In this document: positions 57,730 through 64,000 of the stretch, in pieces
Layout of the letters: each line of letters begins with the position of its first letter
How positions within the stretch are numbered: the first letter of the stretch is position 1
NCBI GenBank assembly: GCA_038143065.1
Contig: JAYQLI010000035.1
Coordinates: forward strand, 928,001 to 992,000
Length of the DNA stretch: 64,000 nucleotides
Origin: Rhodospirillales bacterium
GTDB taxonomy: Bacteria > Pseudomonadota > Alphaproteobacteria > Bin95
Direction of reading: 5' to 3'
The notes under the pieces: model-generated
The model's input: the letters and a program-made list of their open reading frames with translations, nothing else
Told to the model about the DNA's origin: nothing
Database searches by the model: none
Made by a program: the position numbers and the translations under genes

Positions 57730-58238
57730 TGAGCAATCTTATGAGACCAAATAAATTCATGAAGCACGCCTTGGACCTTGCCTCCAAGGCAAAAGATGAA
57801 CTCGGCACGTTACCCTATGCGGCAGTAGTTGTTCTGAAAGAAAACATTGTTGGAGAGGGGTATCAATCAAGCACCTCGATTATTTGACCCAACTTCCCAT
57901 GGTGAAGTTGAGGCAATAAAAGATGCTTGCAGGCGCCTCCAGACTACAGATTTATCTGGAGCCATTATCTATACCACCGCAGAACCATGCTCCATGTGCG
58001 TATCAACTATGATCCTCACGAATATTTCCAAACTCGTTTACGCGGCAGACTGGCAAGACTCAAACGACTTCATGGCTGCAATGGCAGCGGATCAACCAAG
58101 TCTCAAACGTCGCTACAATGTAATTCAATTAAGAGAGCAGGTGGCGTTACCCCAGAAAAGCGCGATATGCTTGTTGAGCGTATGGGTGCACAAGAAGCTA
58201 TTTCGATCTTCAAATCTTTCGCAAATTCGCGCAAATAA
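57729..58238 (+). CDS. Zn-dependent nucleoside/guanine deaminase family protein (frameshifted)
   Basis: DPTSHGEVEAI and YTTAEPCSMC motifs; ATG overlaps the upstream stop. Confidence 0.83.
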
Positions 58239-59018
58239 TCAGGGTGTAATCGCTGCACCTCCATCAATACTCAATACTTGGCCAGTCATGTACGCTCCAG
58301 CCTTTGATGATAGAAAAAGCGCAGCGCCAGCAATCTCATCAGGATGCCCAAAACGGCGGAGCGGCAGTTTATTATTCATTTGATCTAGCCGAACTGGGTC
58401 CGTCCAAAGTGCTTTCGCAAAATCTGTTTTTATAACACCTGGTGCGATAGCGTTTACCCGTACTCCTTTTGCGCCATACTCGAGAGCAAAATTGCGGGCC
58501 ATTTGATGTTCCGCAACCTTGGACACGGCATAGGCAAAAAGCTCAACTGAACCCTGCAAGCCTGCAATTGAAGCAATGATGGTTACCGAACCCTTGCCGC
58601 GTTCAGCCATACCGGGAATGACCATATTACAGAGCCAAAAGGTTGAACGAACATTAGTCTCCATAACCTTATCCCAGGCGGAATCCGGCATGTCTTTAGA
58701 TGGTCCATAATACGGATTAACGGCAGCATTTGGGACCAATATATCGATGGGACCGAGTTCTTGCTCTGTTTGCGATACTAGAGACTGAAGTTGCTCTTTA
58801 TGACCGACATGGCACGGTATCGCTATCGCCTTACCACCTCGATCTGCATAGTCCCTATTAATTTCCTCAGCTACAGCATCACAGACATCAGATTTACGAC
58901 TGGACACTACAACTTTGGCACCATACTGCGCCATTCGCGCCGCAATTGCCTTACCAATTCCCTTAGTTGAGCCGGTTATAAGAGCTGTCTGACCTGAGAG
59001 GTCAAATAAATCGTCCAT
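58239..59018 (-). CDS. SDR family oxidoreductase (DHRS4-like)
   Basis: TGSTKGIG, NAAVNP, YAVSK, VNAIAPG. Confidence 0.92.
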   Translation of the reverse strand: MDDLFDLSGQTALITGSTKGIGKAIAARMAQYGAKVVVSSRKSDVCDAVAEEINRDYADRGGKAIAIPCHVGHKEQLQSLVSQTEQELGPIDILVPNAAVNPYYGPSKDMPDSAWDKVMETNVRSTFWLCNMVIPGMAERGKGSVTIIASIAGLQGSVELFAYAVSKVAEHQMARNFALEYGAKGVRVNAIAPGVIKTDFAKALWTDPVRLDQMNNKLPLRRFGHPDEIAGAALFLSSKAGAYMTGQVLSIDGGAAITP

Positions 59019-59064
59019 CAGTTATCTCCTTAGCAAGTAAGGTAATTACAAGCTCTCATGCAAA

Positions 59065-59913
59065 TTAGTCTCGTGAGACTACTTTTTGGGTTTGTTCTCC
59101 TAGGCCTTCGATTCCAAGACGCATTTCATCACCTACTTGGAGAAATTGTGGTGGGTTCATACCAGCACCTACCCCTGGAGGTGTTCCCGTCATGATCACA
59201 TCGCCAGGCAAAAGCGTCATATATTCAGATACGAAGCTAACGATTTTCTTAATTCCAAAGATTAATGTGGACGTAGTACCGTCTTGCACACGTTTACCGT
59301 TAACCTCTAGCCAGATTGAGAGATTTTCAGGATTTGGGACCTCATCTTTAGTTACCAGCCAAGGTCCAACTGGAGCAAAATTGTCTCCAGACTTTCCTTT
59401 TGTCCACTGACCTCCTGGCCGTTCAGTTTGGAATTCGCGCTCAGAAACATCATTGCCCACGGCGTAACCAGCTACATGCTGCATAGCATGCTCTTCTGAT
59501 ACGAAGGATGCCTCAGTCCCAATAAAGATCACCAGCTCAACTTCCCAATCAAGTTTAGTTGAGTGAGGAGGCTTGATCACCGGGCCACTTGGGCCGGTAT
59601 AAGCTGTTGAGGATTTGAGGAAAATAATTGGCTCAGAAGGAGGTTCCATTCCAACTTCAGCCGCATGATCCGAATAATTCAAACCAATGCAGACCACCTT
59701 TGAAGGGTCTGCCACAGGTGCTGCTAATGCAGGTTCGCCTTTAACCCTAGGCAAGCTCTCAGGATCAATTGCTGCAAGTAAAGTCAGCCCCTCTGGAGAG
59801 ATAGCCTCAGAGTCAATATCAGGAACGACACCGCCCAAGTCGCGAATGGATCCAGAAGAATCAATAATACCAGGGCGAATTTCATCGCCAGCTACGTAAC
59901 GAAGCAATTTCAT
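59065..59913 (-). CDS. Fumarylacetoacetate hydrolase family protein
   Basis: CIGLNY, DWEVEL, NDVSER, GDVIMTGTPPGVG. Confidence 0.92.
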   Translation of the reverse strand: MKLLRYVAGDEIRPGIIDSSGSIRDLGGVVPDIDSEAISPEGLTLLAAIDPESLPRVKGEPALAAPVADPSKVVCIGLNYSDHAAEVGMEPPSEPIIFLKSSTAYTGPSGPVIKPPHSTKLDWEVELVIFIGTEASFVSEEHAMQHVAGYAVGNDVSEREFQTERPGGQWTKGKSGDNFAPVGPWLVTKDEVPNPENLSIWLEVNGKRVQDGTTSTLIFGIKKIVSFVSEYMTLLPGDVIMTGTPPGVGAGMNPPQFLQVGDEMRLGIEGLGEQTQKVVSRD

Positions 59914-59943
59914 TTCACCAAATCCTTACTCGGCTTGAACCGT

Positions 59944-61131
59944 TTATTGTGCACCGCGACCGGCAATACCACTGACCACTAAATCGGAAATATCGTTCTC
60001 ATTGAGCCCCCAATTGCTCAAGATTTCATCTGTATGCTGGCCTATTGAAGGAGCTTCATCCAAGTCGCCCCCACCCTCAATTTTACGAAACCCAGGAATG
60101 TTGCACATGGGAAGATCTCCCTCCATTCCTTGATGAGCGATCCAAGAAATTGAATTCACTTCTTTGACATGCTCATCTTCCATAAAATCATCATATGTGG
60201 AAACAGGAGCATTCATCACTCCAGCTTCGGTGAGAGCTGCAGCCCATTCTTCGGTTGTTTTTTTCAAAAACTCCGCGCGCACCATCGGCATTAGAACCTT
60301 TTCTTGATCAATTCGTTTTTCACGACTGTCAAAGCGAGGATCTGTTGCCCACTCCTCCTTATCGAGAACTTTACAAAGCCCAACGTAATGGTGCTCGCGC
60401 ATGGCAGTTACGTTAATATATCCATTAGAAGTCTTCATCGTACCGACAGGCACGTACAAAACCTGAGGCTGGCCACCCTCCAGATAATGTTCCATAACTT
60501 TTGCCGCCTGAAATGCAGCTGCTGATTGCATTAAAGAGCAATCAATATATGCCCCTTCCCAAAACGAACCTTTCGCATTAGGGCGGAAGAGATGGCCTGG
60601 AATGCGTATAAACCGGTCATTACATCAACTGCAATCATTCCTATACGTTGAGGGTTCCTTCTTCATCTCGGTTAATAGACATCCAACCGGAGAATGCTTG
60701 GATAACAGAATCAGTAACGGGTAGCTTGTTGTAAGGGCCCTGCTGACCGAACCCTGTGACTGATAGATAGATCACATTAGGATTGACCTTTTTAACGTCA
60801 TCATAAGAAAGTCCGAAACGTCCCATTACCCCTGGTCTGAAACTCTCAACTATTACATCAGCTTCAGCGGCAGCCTTCTGAACTAATTCCTGCGCCTTTT
60901 TTCCTTCATATTCAGTGAAACAGAGCGTTTACCTCTATTAAAGATAATCGCATGAGCACAAGTATCACCATACATCTTACCTAGCGTGCGGCCCCAATCG
61001 CCGTCGAGCGGCTCTACTTTAGTGACCTCTGCTCCTTGTTGCGCTAACAACATAGTAGAGTGAGGTCCCGCTACGCCTTGAGTCATATCCAAAACTTTAA
61101 AACCTTCGAAAGGCAAACGCTGGGCACTCAT
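59944..61131 (-). CDS. Family III CoA-transferase (CaiB/BaiF), frameshifted
   Basis: VLDMTQGVAGP, KVEP..GD, NRGKRS, GFGQQGPY, APSIGQHT. Confidence 0.9.
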
Positions 61132-61291
61132 TGGCGATATTTCCTCCAAATTAATTCTTGTCTTTTAACCAAACCGATTTAATCGCGCGCCACAATCCCC
61201 GTCAATCTCGAAGCTCTAAACTAACCTTTCGCAATGGAATTTATTTTGTGTTACATACTCAAAATCTCGTGAGGGTAGGAACCTTAGATAG

Positions 61292-61713
61292 ATGATCCGT
61301 TATACATTGATTTGCGACAAGGACCATGATTTTGAGGATGGTTCCCAGGAATAGAGGCATGCGATAAGCAGCTTTCAGCGGGGCTCGTAAGCTGCCCAGA
61401 CTGCAACTCAACAAAAGTTCGCAAGGCCCTCATGGCACCAGCAGTTGCTACTAAAAAACAAGATTCAGCAATGGATAAACGCCAGGTAGCAATGGCGGCT
61501 CAACAAGCCGTGATGGCCAAGCTGAGGGAGCATGTGGAAAATAATTTTGAACACGTGGGCGATCAGTTTCCAGAAGAAGCTCGCAGAATACATTATGGTG
61601 AAACTGAGAAACGGGACATTTATGGGGAGGCTTCAGTTGAAGAGGCACGCGAACTTGTTGAGGAAGGAGTGGAAATAGCACCGCTGCCAGGCCCTACTAG
61701 AACTGATGCATAA
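61292..61713 (+). CDS. DUF1178 family protein (frameshift near 61335)
   Basis: MIRYTLIC..H.FE(G)WF, CPDC..KVRKALMAP, VGDQFPEEARRIHYGE. Confidence 0.88.
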
Positions 61714-61773
61714 AGCTAAATCGCATGGACCGTAACTAGGATACATCCCCCAAACAGTGGTTGGCCCAAGAGC

Positions 61774-62010
61774 TTACCCTGTGTGAAAAGAAATTAAGTC
61801 TGCCATAACCACATAGCAGATGCCCAAAGTTATAATTAACCCACCAACTGTTGCATATATAGCTTTCCTCCCGATGCGAGGTCTCAACGGAGCGCCTCCA
61901 TCATGACCAGATTGTGGATTTTCTGTTCTTGAAACTCCAAAAGGTAAAGCTAAGAAAAAACAGAACCACCAAGACAAAACAAAAACGACAACTATCGAGG
62001 CTATCGACAT
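61774..62010 (-). CDS. DUF1467 family small membrane protein
   Basis: WW..FF.ALPFGV..G.D.GAP..P..RK. Confidence 0.82.
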   Translation of the reverse strand: MSIASIVVVFVLSWWFCFFLALPFGVSRTENPQSGHDGGAPLRPRIGRKAIYATVGGLIITLGICYVVMADLISFHTG

Positions 62011-62127
62011 ATTCAATCCGCCCACACGTTAAAAGACTCTATTATCGATAAATGCTCTTCGCACTTCAGCGGTCAATACCTCAGAAACACAACGAATTAG
62101 TGGAGGAAACAAAAAGCACGGGAATAT

Positions 62128-62991
62128 CTATCTCTTCCTCTCAGTTGCAGCTATCACACTCATCGCAACTACTATAATTGCGCTTCCTCCTATTGTAGGA
62201 CCGTCCGGAAGCTCGAAATAGAGAAGATATCCAAGAACCGCCGCGAATGGGAGGCGAAGATAGTCAAACGGCATAACCAAGCTTGCATCACCCGCCCCTA
62301 GCGCACGGGTTAAGCACATATGGGCAGACAGTCCTGATAAAGCCAATAATGCTACCCATGGAAGCTCTTGAATTGGTGGATCAACCCAAAAATACATCGC
62401 AGGACCTGCCGAAAGGATGGTTAAGCTGGCATTTTGAATAAAAACTAAACGATTTGCCGGTTCCGTGTCTGACATCCATTTCACAAATGTATTTGAAAGT
62501 GCGTAAAAAATACTTGCTCCTAGCAGCATCAATGTCGCGGTATTGATCGGAATTACTCCTGGCCTAACGATCACCAGCATACCTATGAAACCAATACCTG
62601 TCGCAATCCATCTTATAACTCTTGGCTTGTCGCCAAGCAGCAACGATGCCAGTAGAATAGTAAAGAGTGGATACGTAGATTGAATGGCTACGGCATCTGC
62701 AAGCGTAGAAAGGCCTACAGCATGAAACCACAGCATCATCGCAGTGAAAGTAGCTAGGCAGCGCCCAGAATGACCAAATATACGCTTTGTCTTAAGGGCA
62801 CCCAAACCGGTTTTCGCTAACCATGGCAATAATAATAAAACTGAAAACGCTGCACGAAAAAATAAGATTTCAGCTGTTGGCAAACTGTCAGAAAGTTCGC
62901 GTACGGCTACCACTAATGCAGTGAATGAAATAGCCGCCCCAATCATCCAAAGAACAGCGACCATATTTCGTGATTTATAAAGCGAAGTCAT
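62128..62991 (-). CDS. DMT (EamA) family transporter
   Basis: Multiple TM segments; GFIGMLVIVRPG, DASLVMPFDYLRLP. Confidence 0.9.
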   Translation of the reverse strand: MTSLYKSRNMVAVLWMIGAAISFTALVVAVRELSDSLPTAEILFFRAAFSVLLLLPWLAKTGLGALKTKRIFGHSGRCLATFTAMMLWFHAVGLSTLADAVAIQSTYPLFTILLASLLLGDKPRVIRWIATGIGFIGMLVIVRPGVIPINTATLMLLGASIFYALSNTFVKWMSDTEPANRLVFIQNASLTILSAGPAMYFWVDPPIQELPWVALLALSGLSAHMCLTRALGAGDASLVMPFDYLRLPFAAVLGYLLYFELPDGPTIGGSAIIVVAMSVIAATERKR

Positions 62992-63884
62992 CTTAGGGAA
63001 TTGGCGAATTGCAATATTTCCGAAGCTGCTAAATCTGGGACTTCAACATGGGGAAAATGTCCTGCATCCTCGGCAAAATCAACTGTAAAGTCTGCAAAAA
63101 CATGATCGAGTACTTCTGACCAACTAGATTTACAAATAGGATCATGTCGTCCCCACAGCACACGAGTTTTATGCGGTATCAACTGACGATCTTCTTCAAC
63201 TTCACCAGCTAATGCTCGTAGCCTTCTAGAGTTGTAGCTCCGATACCAACTAAAACCACCGATCAAGGCGCCTTCCGAACTGAAATTTTCAACCCAACTA
63301 TTCAGAGCCGGAGCAAATACATCTTTTTTGTAGCTCCAATGCTGCAGAAAATACTCGAAATAAAGACGGATTGTATCCTCACTATAACCAACTAGCCTCT
63401 CAGCAAGACAAGTCTGATGGAATGACTGGTACCAAATTTCGTTAATTTGAGAATTCTGAATCCACCGGCTTCCAACAGCTGAATTTGGACAATCAAAGAA
63501 AAATAATCCTCGGAAAATATTGGGATTACTCAAAGCAAGACGTTGGCTTACAAACGCTCCAACATCATGCGAAACAATTATTGGGGGCTCCGAGGTACAA
63601 AGGGGGATTAACTTAGCTAAATCATCTGCATGAAAGTCCCCATCAAGATCATCTCGCAACGCTTCTGGTTTATCACTACGTCCAAAACCATAAAAATCAG
63701 GAGCAATTAATCTAAATTTAGACCTTAATCTATGCATCAATGGGAGCCATGTTGCCCAAAATTCAGGCCACCCATGCAACAATAACAATGGAGGGCCATC
63801 GCCAATACTAGCAACATGCAGCCTATGGCCATTTACTTGTACAAAATGATGTTCAAGACCAGATGGTTCCTTAAAGTCAGTCAT
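62988..63884 (-). CDS. Alpha/beta hydrolase (epoxide hydrolase/dehalogenase-like)
   Basis: LLHGWPE, GFGRSD, SHDVG (Asp nucleophile), AGHFPH. Confidence 0.88.
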   Translation of the reverse strand: MTDFKEPSGLEHHFVQVNGHRLHVASIGDGPPLLLLHGWPEFWATWLPLMHRLRSKFRLIAPDFYGFGRSDKPEALRDDLDGDFHADDLAKLIPLCTSEPPIIVSHDVGAFVSQRLALSNPNIFRGLFFFDCPNSAVGSRWIQNSQINEIWYQSFHQTCLAERLVGYSEDTIRLYFEYFLQHWSYKKDVFAPALNSWVENFSSEGALIGGFSWYRSYNSRRLRALAGEVEEDRQLIPHKTRVLWGRHDPICKSSWSEVLDHVFADFTVDFAEDAGHFPHVEVPDLAASEILQFANSLR

Positions 63885-64000
63885 GGATTTTCCGTTCCCA
63901 TAAAGTTTGATACCTCCCCTTAATCCGTCCACTATCCAGCGCGCAAAAGCAGCATTTGTTTTCACTGAAGATACAAATCAGCAAGAAGAAAATTGTTAAT

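Noticed and set aside
275-61681. Numerous short antisense or alternative-frame ORFs in the track
   Set aside because: They lie within well-supported genes and have no motifs of their own; they are shadow ORFs or frameshift fragments.
7532-61713. About 27 frameshifted genes suggesting mass pseudogenisation or programmed frameshifting
   Set aside because: The shifts hit essential genes (mnmA, purS, purQ, purL), often fall in homopolymers, and the proteins are otherwise well conserved. Uncorrected long-read indels explain this best.
1-64000. CRISPR arrays, IS elements, prophage, toxin-antitoxin or defence systems
   Set aside because: By eye I found no spaced repeat arrays, transposase, integrase or nuclease motifs.

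Overview
This is a ~45% GC chromosomal window from an Alphaproteobacterium, most likely a marine Rhodospirillales-like lineage. That placement is inferred from gene content: aap/bzt ABC transporter, DUF1476, DUF1178, DUF1467, a SAM-II riboswitch and dsyB. The window holds about 65 genes: housekeeping loci (mnmA-tRNA-Met, tRNA-Leu, leuB-gluQ, purCSQL-bolA-grxD, metZ-apaG-trkH) mixed with many catabolic and oxidative enzymes (two Baeyer-Villiger monooxygenases, two luciferase-like monooxygenases, three tandem crotonases, FAH, SDR and CoA-transferase genes). Roughly 27 genes, including essential ones, carry 1-nt frameshifts, often at homopolymers; I read these as long-read assembly errors, not pseudogenes. 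I found no CRISPR array, integrase or transposase. Most notable: (1) a clear dsyB (DMSP biosynthesis methyltransferase) near candidate enzymes for the unassigned pathway steps; (2) a metZ leader with a SAM-II aptamer and terminator followed by a second, SAM/SAH-like element that pairs with the RBS; (3) a very GC-rich structured leader upstream of an ornithine decarboxylase; (4) an orphan protein that resembles a catalytically degenerate family-A polymerase domain.
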